Positions 28,709 to 38,249 of a stretch of 64,000 nt of DNA are shown piece after piece. Origin of the DNA: an uncultured delta proteobacterium (GTDB lineage: Bacteria > Desulfobacterota > RBG-13-43-22); contig CAWBOS010000012.1 in NCBI GenBank assembly GCA_963790475.1, positions 224,001 through 288,000 of the forward strand, written 5' to 3'. Positions within the stretch are counted from its first letter, which is position 1; each line of letters begins with the position of its first letter. The notes beneath the pieces are model-generated. The model was not told the origin of the DNA and did no database searches. It saw nothing but the letters and a program-made list of their open reading frames with translations. The translations under genes and the position numbers were made by a program.

Positions 28709-29548
28709 ATGGGGAAATTAGAAGGTAAAGTGGCTATTGTGACTGGAACGAGTCGAGGTATCGGTAAAGCCATATCCAAGCTCTTTGCGGCTGAAGGGGC
28801 CAAGGTTTTTTGCGCCGCTCGCACCCTGGACGAAGGGGAGCATGTTTTCGAGGGTTCTCTTAACACGACAGTTTCAGAAATCCAGCAGGCCGGAGGCACT
28901 GCTTTAGCCGTACAGACCAATACAGCCTCCGAGAATAGCTGCATTCAGCTTGTTCAGACTGCCAAGGAAACCTTTGGCCCTGTCGATGTCTTGGTTAATG
29001 ATGCGGCCCTTATTTATTTTATCCCCATTAAAGACATGGGAGAACATCAATGGGATCGTTCTTGGGCAGTCGGTCCTCGTGCTGTTTTTATCCTATCTAA
29101 AACAGTGCTGCCGGCTATGATCGAACGCCGGAGCGGAGCCATCGTCAATATTTCTTCCGGCGCAGCGATTGGCCCAGGGCGCGGCCCTTATCAACCAAAT
29201 GCGCGAGGTAGTACCAAGTATGGGGCGGAAAAAGCGGCCATAGAGCGTTTCTCTCAAGGACTTGCTGAAGAGGTTTATTCTTACGGTATTACCGTGGCGG
29301 CTTTGTCTCCTTCGCAGGTAGTGGTCACTCCAGGCACAGTCTATTTCAAATTAACTGCCCCGGAAAATCCGGACGACGAGCCCCCGGAGATCATGGCCAA
29401 AGCAACCCCCCTTCTTGCTACCGAGCCGCTTGACAAAGTTACCGGCCTGGTCACTTATAGCCAGGCCGTTCTCAAGGAGTATGGCTGGATCAGCAATGGT
29501 AAGGGCATCGGAATAGACCGACCGGGTAGTGGATGCAGCCAGCGGTAG
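28709..29548 (+). CDS. SDR oxidoreductase
   Basis: TGTSRGIG, LVNDA, NISS, YGAEK. Confidence 0.9.
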   Translation: MGKLEGKVAIVTGTSRGIGKAISKLFAAEGAKVFCAARTLDEGEHVFEGSLNTTVSEIQQAGGTALAVQTNTASENSCIQLVQTAKETFGPVDVLVNDAALIYFIPIKDMGEHQWDRSWAVGPRAVFILSKTVLPAMIERRSGAIVNISSGAAIGPGRGPYQPNARGSTKYGAEKAAIERFSQGLAEEVYSYGITVAALSPSQVVVTPGTVYFKLTAPENPDDEPPEIMAKATPLLATEPLDKVTGLVTYSQAVLKEYGWISNGKGIGIDRPGSGCSQR

Positions 29549-29615
29549 CCGAAGGGGAAGGAGCTATAAGGGGGTCTAGAAAACTAATAGATTTGAAGAC
29601 CACAAAGGATTTACG

Positions 29616-29696
29616 ATGATCTGTCCCAAGTGTCAACCCAACCTTCCTGACGGACAGGACATCATCCTGGTCCGAACTTATAAGGACTCATATTAA
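29616..29696 (+). pseudogene. Second zinc-ribbon N-terminal remnant
   Basis: MICPKCQPNLPDG; shares TGTCCCAAGTGTCA with the 19944 remnant. Confidence 0.35.
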
Positions 29697-30499
29697 TCTC
29701 TTGCCTCGTTCCCAACTTTTTTAAGGGCTTTTTTAAAATCTTCTTCTCCGGGATAGGCCTCTCTTCCCAAACCCATCATGCTTTGATGGGCCAGGATCAG
29801 ACCCAGACGGCCGCAATCCGGAAGGGGCCGCCCCTTGATCAATCCCGCTAAGAATCCGGCGGCAAAAACATCTCCGGCCCCGGTCGTATCCTTGGGCTGG
29901 ATAATTTCAGCCGGCAAGTCCCAGGTTTCAGCGCCCTGAACTATGAGGGCTCCCGCCCCGATTTTCTTGATAACTAATATTTTCGTGCCGATGGATTGCA
30001 CTGTGGCTATGGCTTTCAGCAATGGGTATCCGGTTAAAATCAGCAATTCTCCTTCGGTGATAAATAAAATACTACAGTGGGAAAGAAGAGGGGTAAGGGC
30101 GATCAATCCCTGCCGGACATAAACTTCACCGGGATCAAAACTGATCCGCATCTTTCCGGACATTTCTCCGGCTAACCGTTCCTGGAGCTTGAGTCCTTCC
30201 CCGGGCAAGGAAGTCAGGTGCATTATGGAAAATGAGCCGATTTGAAAACCCATCTTGGCCAGGCAATAGGAGGCATTGGCCGCACTGCCCCCGCCGCTTT
30301 TGGAAATCAGGCGGGCCTTTTCCTTCAGAATTATTTTTAGTTTTTGAATTTCTTCCGAATCGGTCAACAACCAGGCCCGCCTCCACTTGCCTTCCGGGTA
30401 AAATGGTTGCAGAAAAGAGAGGTCAGCCGCTTCATAGATATAGTCTACATTCAGGGAACTTATTCCCACCACATCCTTCATTCCTGATCGGTTGGTCAT
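29693..30499 (-). CDS. PfkB carbohydrate kinase with an apparent internal deletion
   Basis: GGSAAN, SFDPG, DTTGAGDVFAAGFL; the G-x-VG-x-D-x-x-G block is absent after GFQIG. Confidence 0.8.
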   Translation of the reverse strand: MTNRSGMKDVVGISSLNVDYIYEAADLSFLQPFYPEGKWRRAWLLTDSEEIQKLKIILKEKARLISKSGGGSAANASYCLAKMGFQIGSFSIMHLTSLPGEGLKLQERLAGEMSGKMRISFDPGEVYVRQGLIALTPLLSHCSILFITEGELLILTGYPLLKAIATVQSIGTKILVIKKIGAGALIVQGAETWDLPAEIIQPKDTTGAGDVFAAGFLAGLIKGRPLPDCGRLGLILAHQSMMGLGREAYPGEEDFKKALKKVGNEARD

Positions 30500-31563
30500 T
30501 TTAGATATTCCTTAAAGGCAATCCAGTTATGGCGAATGTTTTCGGAAAAATGCCCCTTGTTCCATTGGGCGATCATTTCTTTTCTCTTTCGGGCGGCGTG
30601 GTTTATGCTGTGCCCCAGATGTTCAACCAGTTCTTGCTCATAGTTTTGCAGTGGCTGGAGATTTCTCCGGCGAACAGCCTCGGCCGCCGCCTCGCCGGCC
30701 ATTTCCCCGGAGATAAGGGCATTCCCCACCCCGGCCCCGGTTATGGGGTGACAGGTCCCGGCCGCATCCCCGGCCAGGATCATGTTTTCTTTCCGGACCC
30801 TGGTCAGCCCCCCGACCGGGATTAATCCTCCTCCCCGGCCCATGATCTGATTTTCAACCGACCCTTCGGCCACCCTTTCCCCTACAAATTTTGTGAGGAC
30901 TTCAGGCAATCCTTTATCCAATGCAGGGTCGATTCCCACTCCCAGGTTGGCCATCTCCCCTTTGGGGAAAAGCCATCCATATCCTCCGAAAAGGTAGGGT
31001 CTAAAATAAACCCGGATGTGATCCAATGGCCTATTTAAGGGAACCCGGATCTGGGCGGCAATCAAATAGTTCCCCGGTTCATTCCCCATCCATCGGACCA
31101 CTTGAGAGGAAGGACCATCAGCCCCGATAATAATCCGGCTGGAAATCGTAACCGGTCCATCTTTTCCCCGAGCAGTGACCGTCCCTTCGGTCATGACCTG
31201 GGCCTGAAAACCGGTTTTTATTTCGGCCCCGGCTTTGACTGCCAGATCGGACAGTTTCCGATCCAGCCGATCCCGATGGATCATAAGGCCGGGTGCGGTC
31301 ATTTCATTTACCAATTTCCCTTCAACGTAGGTTTGCATCGACCGGACCGGTTGCACCAGAATTCCGGAAGACTCTAAATCCACATAACGATAGATAGGCA
31401 GAGGGACATACTCAGCACAACGGACAGGCAGACCGACGGTCTCCCTCCGTTCCAGAAGGATGACCTTGAACCCTTTTTGGGCGGCAAACCGGGCGGCGGT
31501 GCTTCCTGCCGGGCCGGCCCCGATGACCAGCACATCACAGGACCATGGTTGATTTTTTGCCAT
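30496..31563 (-). CDS. Geranylgeranyl-reductase-family FAD oxidoreductase (LipT-like by context)
   Basis: VIGAGPAG, PVRCAE, IGADG, YGWLFPKG, GDAAG..HPITGAG. Confidence 0.88.
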   Translation of the reverse strand: MAKNQPWSCDVLVIGAGPAGSTAARFAAQKGFKVILLERRETVGLPVRCAEYVPLPIYRYVDLESSGILVQPVRSMQTYVEGKLVNEMTAPGLMIHRDRLDRKLSDLAVKAGAEIKTGFQAQVMTEGTVTARGKDGPVTISSRIIIGADGPSSQVVRWMGNEPGNYLIAAQIRVPLNRPLDHIRVYFRPYLFGGYGWLFPKGEMANLGVGIDPALDKGLPEVLTKFVGERVAEGSVENQIMGRGGGLIPVGGLTRVRKENMILAGDAAGTCHPITGAGVGNALISGEMAGEAAAEAVRRRNLQPLQNYEQELVEHLGHSINHAARKRKEMIAQWNKGHFSENIRHNWIAFKEYLK

Positions 31564-31765
31564 AATTACAATTGATTTGGGTTTTTCTTTGTCGGCATTC
31601 ATTTTATATGCTTTAAATCAAAATACAATTCTTTTGTGAATTTTTGACAGCCGCTTACTTCAAGATAATCAGGATAGGTGTCGGCAATGAAAAACAGCTT
31701 GTCTTTTCTCTGCGGAATCTGTTAGAATAGTCTTAATTTTGGTCAACCAGAATAGGAGACTGTCC

Positions 31766-32026
31766 ATGAAAACCCTTTCATTGTCAGAGGTGAAGATGAA
31801 ATTGAGTAATCTGGTGGAGGTGGTGAACTCCACCGATGAGGAGATTATGATTACCAAAAACGGGTCACCGGCTGCTGTCTTGATCAGCCCGGAAGAATTT
31901 GAAAGCCTGAAAGAAACCATCGCCGTCAGGTCAAATGCCGAGTTGATGGAGGAAGTCAGGAAAGGCCTTAATGATCTAAAAAAGAAAAAAGCGGGGCTCT
32001 ATACCCTGGAAGAGCTTTTCGAATAG
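31766..32026 (+). CDS. Phd/YefM antitoxin
   Basis: LSEVKMKLS, ITKNGSPAAVLIS; RBS AGGAG. Confidence 0.9.
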   Translation: MKTLSLSEVKMKLSNLVEVVNSTDEEIMITKNGSPAAVLISPEEFESLKETIAVRSNAELMEEVRKGLNDLKKKKAGLYTLEELFE

Positions 32027-32035
32027 ACCGCCCCC

Positions 32036-32317
32036 ATGGTGGACCCCATCTTATATAAGCTAAGGGTTACTGATGATGTAACCCATTTCCTGAGGACTCT
32101 TCATCCGGAACTGAAAAGGAAAATAAAGGCAGCGCTGAAAATCCTTATTTCAACCCCGGATGCCGGCAAAACCCTCCGTGATGAACTGGCGGGTTTAAGG
32201 AGCTTCAGAGTGAGCCGGTTCCGTATTATTTACAGGATCAGCAGGCGGACTATTGAGATTATCGCCGTGGGACCGCGGGAGAGGATTTATGAAGAGACCT
32301 ACCGGCTAATGAAATAG
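32036..32317 (+). CDS. RelE/ParE family toxin
   Basis: GKTL..ELAGLRSFRVSRFRIIY, VGPRERIY. Confidence 0.9.
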   Translation: MVDPILYKLRVTDDVTHFLRTLHPELKRKIKAALKILISTPDAGKTLRDELAGLRSFRVSRFRIIYRISRRTIEIIAVGPRERIYEETYRLMK

Positions 32318-32403
32318 GAGGAGACTTTCACCTTGACCCGTCCCTTGGCCTAACTTATACTTCTGGTATTCAATCGATACGGGGTTCGATTATTCCTAAA
32401 AAA

Positions 32404-32928
32404 ATGACCTTAAAAGACCAGTTTAAAATATTAACGGAATTCTTTGATCGCCAGCATATTGATTATGCGGTCATCGGCGCCTTTGCTCTATATGCTTACG
32501 GATATACTCGGGCAACAAGGGATATCGATTTTATCACCAGATTTAAATATCAAGACAAAATAGTCGAATATCTGGAATCCCTTGGTTTCGAAACATTAAA
32601 CCGATCAGAAGGGTTTTCCAATCATCTACATTCGATTGACTCCGCAAGAATTGATTTGGTTTATATAGACGATGAAACCGCCGATATTATTTTTGGAGCG
32701 ACTCAAAAGAGATCTATTTTTGAAAATTCTGAACTGCCGGTCGTCAGCCCGGAACATTTGATAGCCCTTAAATTATTCGCAATCCAGAATGATCCCGACA
32801 GAAAGCACAAAGAATTAGCGGATATTAAGGAAATTTTACGGATTACGCAGGTTAATAAAGATCCTATTCGAGAGTATTTCAGGAAGTACGGGTTGGAGGA
32901 TTATTATGGAGAAATCGCGGAAGAATAA
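32404..32928 (+). CDS. Nucleotidyltransferase (DUF6036/AbiEii-like)
   Basis: IGAFAL..YG..RATRDIDF, RIDL, EHLIALK, KELADI. Confidence 0.8.
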   Translation: MTLKDQFKILTEFFDRQHIDYAVIGAFALYAYGYTRATRDIDFITRFKYQDKIVEYLESLGFETLNRSEGFSNHLHSIDSARIDLVYIDDETADIIFGATQKRSIFENSELPVVSPEHLIALKLFAIQNDPDRKHKELADIKEILRITQVNKDPIREYFRKYGLEDYYGEIAEE

Positions 32929-33115
32929 AATCGATAACCTTCAATTCCCCTGGGATCACAAAGCAGCACAGACTCTTCAGGCGAAACAAACACGTTTTAA
33001 CTTGGAACTGGATCTTGATGGGTATTTTGATTGGCTGGCCGAGATCAAACCAAGCCGGCAGGAATTACGTCAGACAAAAATCTTCGACCAACCTTTTACT
33101 CTCAGGTCACGGTAA
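32906..33115 (+). CDS. Small hypothetical partner of the nucleotidyltransferase
   Basis: Overlaps the NTase stop; RBS GGAGG; 69 aa. Confidence 0.55.
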   Translation: MEKSRKNKIDNLQFPWDHKAAQTLQAKQTRFNLELDLDGYFDWLAEIKPSRQELRQTKIFDQPFTLRSR

Positions 33116-33138
33116 CGCATAAATCATTCCGAGAAATA

Positions 33139-33186
33139 AGGGACACATTCCTAATTTCCATAGGTTAAAATAGGGGATGTGTCCCT
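33139..33186. repeat. REP-like palindrome
   Basis: AGGGACACATTCCTAATTT...AAAATAGGGGATGTGTCCCT; half copy at 41166-41189. Confidence 0.6.
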
Positions 33187-33330
33187 GGTTTCCTAAAAGA
33201 GTTCTTCTGCAAACTGTTAAATAACTTGGGCGGCATCATAAAGGATCTTAAGGATGCCGGGACTCTAAGCAGGATGGCGCCCCTTCAGCCGGCCTCAATG
33301 GCCCTAAACGGGCCGATAGGCTTTTCTTTC

Positions 33331-34888
33331 TCAACACCGCTTGTAATCAACTAAATTCAACACCTTTTCCAACAAGGCCAGCTTTAGATGGGTTTGTTGC
33401 CGGAATTCCCCGTGATAAGCCTCCTTTTCCTGATTCAGTTCGTAGCAGGTCGTATTTTCAATATCGATCAGCAACCCCGGAAGCCCGGCCTGTTTAAAGG
33501 TTTCCTGACGTTTTAATTGAAAGGCGTCACAACAACAACCGATATAGGCCCGGATCCCCTTCCTTTTTTCTTCTTCCAGGGTTTCGACCAGATGTTCATA
33601 ATTCTGGATGGTCAAGATTTTAAGATCTTTTCCTTCGGCCAGGGCAAAGGCCTCTCCGGTGGTACAATCACCGCACTGGATGCAGCCGTTTTTATCCCGA
33701 TACTCGCATTCCGGTAATTTTGAACAATAGGGCAGCAAAAGAAGATCGCACTGCTTCAGGACCTCCGGCAGGGTGCCGTTAAAAACGGTCATCGCCTTGG
33801 ACTCTTCAAAAGAAAAGCCGAAATCGGGATAGGTCATTTTATCCAGTGCCAGGCGGATGGCCCGGTAAAAATCCATAAAATGCAAACCCAGCGACTTCCA
33901 CCTGGTTTTCCTGAAAAAAATTTCCCACTTTACTTTTCAAATCGTTAATCAAGGTATTCTTGAGGGCGGCCTCCAGATCATAGATCGCCCGCCGGGGATG
34001 AATAAAAAAATCTCCGGTTATCAGGAGGTCTTTGATCCGTCCTTTTCTCAGGTCAACCTTGACTGCAGTCCTGACCAATCCCCCGTCTTCTTTATGAATG
34101 GAATGAAGCACCTCCTGAGGCCGGAAAGGAATCCTGGTCCCTTGAATCCAATCGGTTGATCGCATCTTAGGCAATAGCCCCCGGAATAAAGCCCGTTCCT
34201 GTTCTGTGATTTGACCTGGTTGAAAGGACAGGCCCAGGCCGATTTTGAAACCTTTTTCCAGGGCTTCTTTAACTTTTTCCAGGGGGGGAGTCCGGCCCAA
34301 TTGTTCCTTTAAACTGGTCACCCGCTCCCGGGCCGAGGCCAGCTCCTTATGGCTCAATTTTTCAATGGGAATGCGCAAGGCCTTGATCAGGTGTTCGAGA
34401 TTGACATCAATCAGCAAGGTCCCTTGAAAGAGGAATACGTCCCCTTCAAAGGCCGCTCCGGTCCCGGAAATCTTTCGACCTTCAATCTCGATATCATTGC
34501 GGGGTCGAAATCCGGCCTCAAGTCCCAGGGTCTTCAAGCCCAAGGCCGCAGCCCGGCAGATGGCCTCGGTGATCTTCTCCTGGGTCAGACCGAGACCAAG
34601 GGATTTTCTGGAGGCGATCAGCTCCCAACCCAGTTGACCCTGGTCAAAATAAATAGCGCCGCCCCCGGTAACCCGGCGATTGATTTCAATCCCCTCCTGC
34701 CGGCAGTAATCAATCCGGATTTCTTCCGCCACAGCCTGATGATAGCCAACCAGGGCAACGGGAGGGGAAAACCTTAAATATCGCAAGGTATCCGGAATGC
34801 CCCTATGAGACCGGGCGGTCAGCAGGGCCTCATCCCAAGCCATGTTCTCCGCTCCGGTTAATAATCCGGTGTCGATAATGCGCATCAT
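33331..34888 (-). pseudogene. Lipoate-protein ligase (LplA+B) fused to a Cys-rich DUF116-like domain; frameshift near 33895
   Basis: ENMAWDE, RRVTGGGAIY, NDIEIEGRKISG, FQGTLL, ITGDFF; after a one-base shift SLGLHFMDFYRAI leads into LLPYC..C..CIQCGDC and IGCCC. Confidence 0.83.
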
Positions 34889-34926
34889 GGAGTAAAATAT
34901 AAAATAATTTTTTTAAGATTTATTAA

Positions 34927-35000
34927 ATTCCTCCCCACTCTCCCTTTTTCAAAGGAAGTCCCGCCGGCGGGATTTGGAAAAGGGGGAATGAGGGGAATTT
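34927..35000. repeat. Long palindrome (REP- or terminator-like)
   Basis: AAATTCCTCCCCACTCTCCCTTTTTCAAA...TTTGGAAAAGGGGGAATGAGGGGAATTT. Confidence 0.6.
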
Positions 35001-35041
35001 TGGAGCTTATGCTTTCAATTTAATTTTTTATTAAACAAATT

Positions 35042-35953
35042 CTATTTTATAAGACCAATCAGCGCGCAACATTCTGTATGATAACTGATATTCATTCTCA
35101 AATCCTCTGCCCTTCGAAGGGCCTGATCGCTGGGATAGGCGATGCCGGCCAGCCCGGCTTCGATAGCCAGAAGGTCGAGCTTTTTGCGGTGAAGTCCCAG
35201 GGGTCGTTCACAACCCAGAATGACCGGTGTCTGAGGAAACAGGGAACGGGCCAACCCAAACAGGTCTCCCATTTCCTCCGGGGACGGAGGCACGGTCCCG
35301 GCCATGAGCGTTTTGAGGATGGGGCGAAATCCAATCAGGACCAGGGCTTTTATCGGGTATCGGGCGATCATTTCCAAGGCCTGGGATTCCCCCCGGATTT
35401 GTCCATAATGAAGACCCATGACCACATGAGGGGCGGTTGGAATGTCCCGATCGGTGAGAAGTTTAAGAGATCGCTCATAGTCCCCAACTGAGGCCTCCAA
35501 GTGATAAATGTCCCGGATGGTCCGGTTATCTCCGATGGTATCCAACAGGGCCATATCGATCCGGGCCTCGGCCAGGGCGTCGGCCAGGGGAGGAGAAACC
35601 AGACCTGTATGGACCAATACCTTCAACCCCAATTCGGAACGGATTTCTTTAATAACCTGAATAAAGTCCAACAAGGGGACCTGGCCTTTTTTATCCGCCC
35701 CGCCGCTGACCAGAATAGTCTCGCCGCCTTTATCGGCAATCCGTCTTGCTGCCTCTTTTAAAGCCGATGGGGTTTCAGCCGCCGCCATATTCCGCAGGAT
35801 ATGTCCCCCGCAATGCTGGCAGTTTAATTGACAACGACCGCCGGTAATAGACACGGCTTTAGTCCCACAGGGAGTTATCCCGGAAAAAGGGAGTTTGTCC
35901 ACCTTTTTTAAGGAAGGAAAGAAAAATGAGATGTTCTTAACGGTGTTGTTCAT
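35042..35953 (-). CDS. lipS1: Radical SAM protein, LipS1-type lipoyl synthase subunit
   Basis: SITGGRCQLNCQHCGG (CX3CX2C); C-terminal LGCERP and CC motifs as described for LipS1; adjacent to the lipoate ligase. Confidence 0.75.
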   Translation of the reverse strand: MNNTVKNISFFFPSLKKVDKLPFSGITPCGTKAVSITGGRCQLNCQHCGGHILRNMAAAETPSALKEAARRIADKGGETILVSGGADKKGQVPLLDFIQVIKEIRSELGLKVLVHTGLVSPPLADALAEARIDMALLDTIGDNRTIRDIYHLEASVGDYERSLKLLTDRDIPTAPHVVMGLHYGQIRGESQALEMIARYPIKALVLIGFRPILKTLMAGTVPPSPEEMGDLFGLARSLFPQTPVILGCERPLGLHRKKLDLLAIEAGLAGIAYPSDQALRRAEDLRMNISYHTECCALIGLIK

Positions 35954-36136
35954 TGGCTCATGTTGTTTAAAAAAAAGGGGCTATGAGAACAACTATAAAA
36001 TAACCTGTTGCCCTTGGTCAAATTTTCTTTTATGATCGATTCCAATTTTATAGACCAGCTATTGGCAACCATCAACCAAGAGAGATAGACGAATCAGAAT
36101 TTCGTCCCTCGGCAATTTCGGATTGAAGATTCTAAT

Positions 36137-36973
36137 ATGATGAAACGTTTATTCTTAATACTGATCCTGATCTGTGCCGGCATCACCCCTGGCCCGGCAC
36201 TGGGAAAGCAGCTCCCTCTTTGGGAAGCCGGCCTGGGGGGTACGGCTTTACTCATGCCCGATTATCGCGGGTCCGATGAATACCGCTGGTACCTTTTGCC
36301 TTTTCCTTTCCTGACTTACCGGGGAGATATCCTTAAAATCGATCGGGAACAAATCAGTGGGCTTCTTTTTAAAACCAATCGTCTGCAACTGGAAATGAGT
36401 TTCAATGGGGCCGTGCCGGTTGACAGTTCAAAAAACAAGGCCCGCCAGGGCATGCCGAATCTGGACCCCACCTTTGAAATAGGCCCGTCTTTACAGGTGA
36501 TGTTGGCTGAGGATAAGAATGCGGAATATAAAATCACTTTGACTTTTCCGATTCGAGCCGTATTCAGCACCGATTTCTATGGATTGAAGCCCGCCGGCTG
36601 GGACTTTAGTCCACGCTTTAATATAGACCAGTATAATATCGGCGGAAAGGGGTGGGACTTCGGATTGAGTATCGGTCCGATTTTCGGCGACGCGACCTAT
36701 CACAATTATTATTACCAGGTGGATCAGGCTTTTGCCACTCCGGACCGTCCGGCTTATTCGGCTCAAGCGGGATACGGTGGGATACAATGCGCCCTCTCTC
36801 TCAGTAAACAATTTAAAAAAGTATTGATTGGTGGATTCCTTCGAGCTGAAAGTTTACAGGGTGCTGTTTTTTCCGACAGCCCTTTGGTGAAAACAAACAC
36901 CTCCTTCTTGGCCGGACTATATTTTTACTGGACCTTTATGAAATCCAAAACCTTGGTTGAGGCGGACAAATAA
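36137..36973 (+). CDS. MipA/OmpV family outer-membrane protein
   Basis: Signal peptide, WEAGLG, PDYRGSDE, RQGMPNLD, YYYQV, SPLV. Confidence 0.88.
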   Translation: MMKRLFLILILICAGITPGPALGKQLPLWEAGLGGTALLMPDYRGSDEYRWYLLPFPFLTYRGDILKIDREQISGLLFKTNRLQLEMSFNGAVPVDSSKNKARQGMPNLDPTFEIGPSLQVMLAEDKNAEYKITLTFPIRAVFSTDFYGLKPAGWDFSPRFNIDQYNIGGKGWDFGLSIGPIFGDATYHNYYYQVDQAFATPDRPAYSAQAGYGGIQCALSLSKQFKKVLIGGFLRAESLQGAVFSDSPLVKTNTSFLAGLYFYWTFMKSKTLVEADK

Positions 36974-36979
36974 CCATTT

Positions 36980-37121
36980 GAGACCTTTGAAAAATGCCCC
37001 CTTTTACTCAATCTCTGTGTCAGGCTCAAATTTCAATACTCGAAATATTCAATATATGCCTGCGGTTGAAATTTTTGCCTTCCTTGATCTTGACCGAAAT
37101 TGAACTTTTTTCAAAGGTCTC
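36980..37121. mobile_element. 142 bp MITE with IS5-like ends
   Basis: TIR GAGACCTTTGAAAAA / TTTTTCAAAGGTCTC; non-coding interior. Confidence 0.75.
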
Positions 37122-37191
37122 CTTTCATTCTTTTGCCTTTCTAATTGATTATTGAATTTTTGAATTGATAAATCATGAGCCGGAAACCCTG

Positions 37192-38049
37192 ATGAACCCC
37201 ATTGGCGCCCACATGTCCATTGTCGGAGGCCCGTCCAAGGCCTTTCAAAGGATCCAGACCGTGGGAGGCGAATGCTTCCAGATTTTCGTCAAACCCAGTG
37301 TCCAATGGCAGGCCGGAGAATTATCCCTGGAAGAGGCGGCCGAATTTATTGCCGAAAGGGAAAGGACCGGAATCGCAACGGTGGTGGCCCATGCCTCCTA
37401 TCTTCTGAATCTGGCATCCCCGGAGAAAGAACAACGAAACAGGTCCATCCTGACTCTGGCTTTGGAGCTGGTCCGCTCGGCCCGTCTGGGCATAGAGTCT
37501 CTGGTCCTCCATCCCGGCAGTCACCGGGAAGCCGGAGAAAAAAAGGGGATTAAATGGATCGCCCAGGGGATTGATCGGGCCCTGGCCAAGGCGGATGTCC
37601 CCAATATCAAAATCCTTTTGGAAATCATGGCCGGCGCCGGAAGCCAACTGGGCTGCCGTTTGGAACAACTAAGGGATATGATCGGCCAAAGCTGCAACCC
37701 CCGGATGATCGGGATTTGCCTGGATACCTGCCATGTTTATGCTGCCGGATTTGATATCGCCGAACCCGAATCCTATCAGGCCTTCTTCCTTTCCTTCCAA
37801 AGACTCATCGGCCTGAACCGGCTAAAGGTAATTCATGTCAATGATTCCAAGAACCCGCTTGGCTCCGGAGTGGACCGACATGAACACATCGGTCTTGGTC
37901 ATTTAGGCCGTGGGACTTTTCAGCGTCTTTTGAATGATCCCCGACTGGACGGCATCCCTTTTGTCCTGGAAACCCCCAAAGGGGAAAAAGGAGGAAAAAA
38001 CTGGGACGCCATCAACATTCGAAAGCTGAAAAAGCTCCGCAGGGCTTAA
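37192..38049 (+). CDS. nfo: Endonuclease IV
   Basis: IGAHMSI, FQIF, HASYLLNL, VLHPG, LEIMAG, CLDTCH, HVNDS, DRHEHIG, LETP. Confidence 0.95.
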   Translation: MNPIGAHMSIVGGPSKAFQRIQTVGGECFQIFVKPSVQWQAGELSLEEAAEFIAERERTGIATVVAHASYLLNLASPEKEQRNRSILTLALELVRSARLGIESLVLHPGSHREAGEKKGIKWIAQGIDRALAKADVPNIKILLEIMAGAGSQLGCRLEQLRDMIGQSCNPRMIGICLDTCHVYAAGFDIAEPESYQAFFLSFQRLIGLNRLKVIHVNDSKNPLGSGVDRHEHIGLGHLGRGTFQRLLNDPRLDGIPFVLETPKGEKGGKNWDAINIRKLKKLRRA

Positions 38050-38098
38050 TGACCGAATTATTCATTCTGGTACCCGGTTGGAAATTAGTGAAAATCAA

Positions 38099-38242
38099 GG
38101 GACTCTAAAAAGTCGTCACCCCTGCGAAAGCCGGGGTCCAGACACCGTCCTGTTGGAAGCCAAGAACCAGACCATTGAACGATCCCGGCTTTCGCCGGAA
38201 TGACCTAAAGCGGGATTCGGCGACTTTTTCGAAGTTCATCAA
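38099..38242. repeat. MITE-like element (family E) containing an inverted REP pair
   Basis: AAAAAGTC...GACTTTTT ends; internal GTCACCCCTGCGAAAGCCGGGGTCCAG and GATCCCGGCTTTCGCCGGAATGAC; related to 47713-47845. Confidence 0.7.
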
Positions 38243-38249
38243 GGACGAG

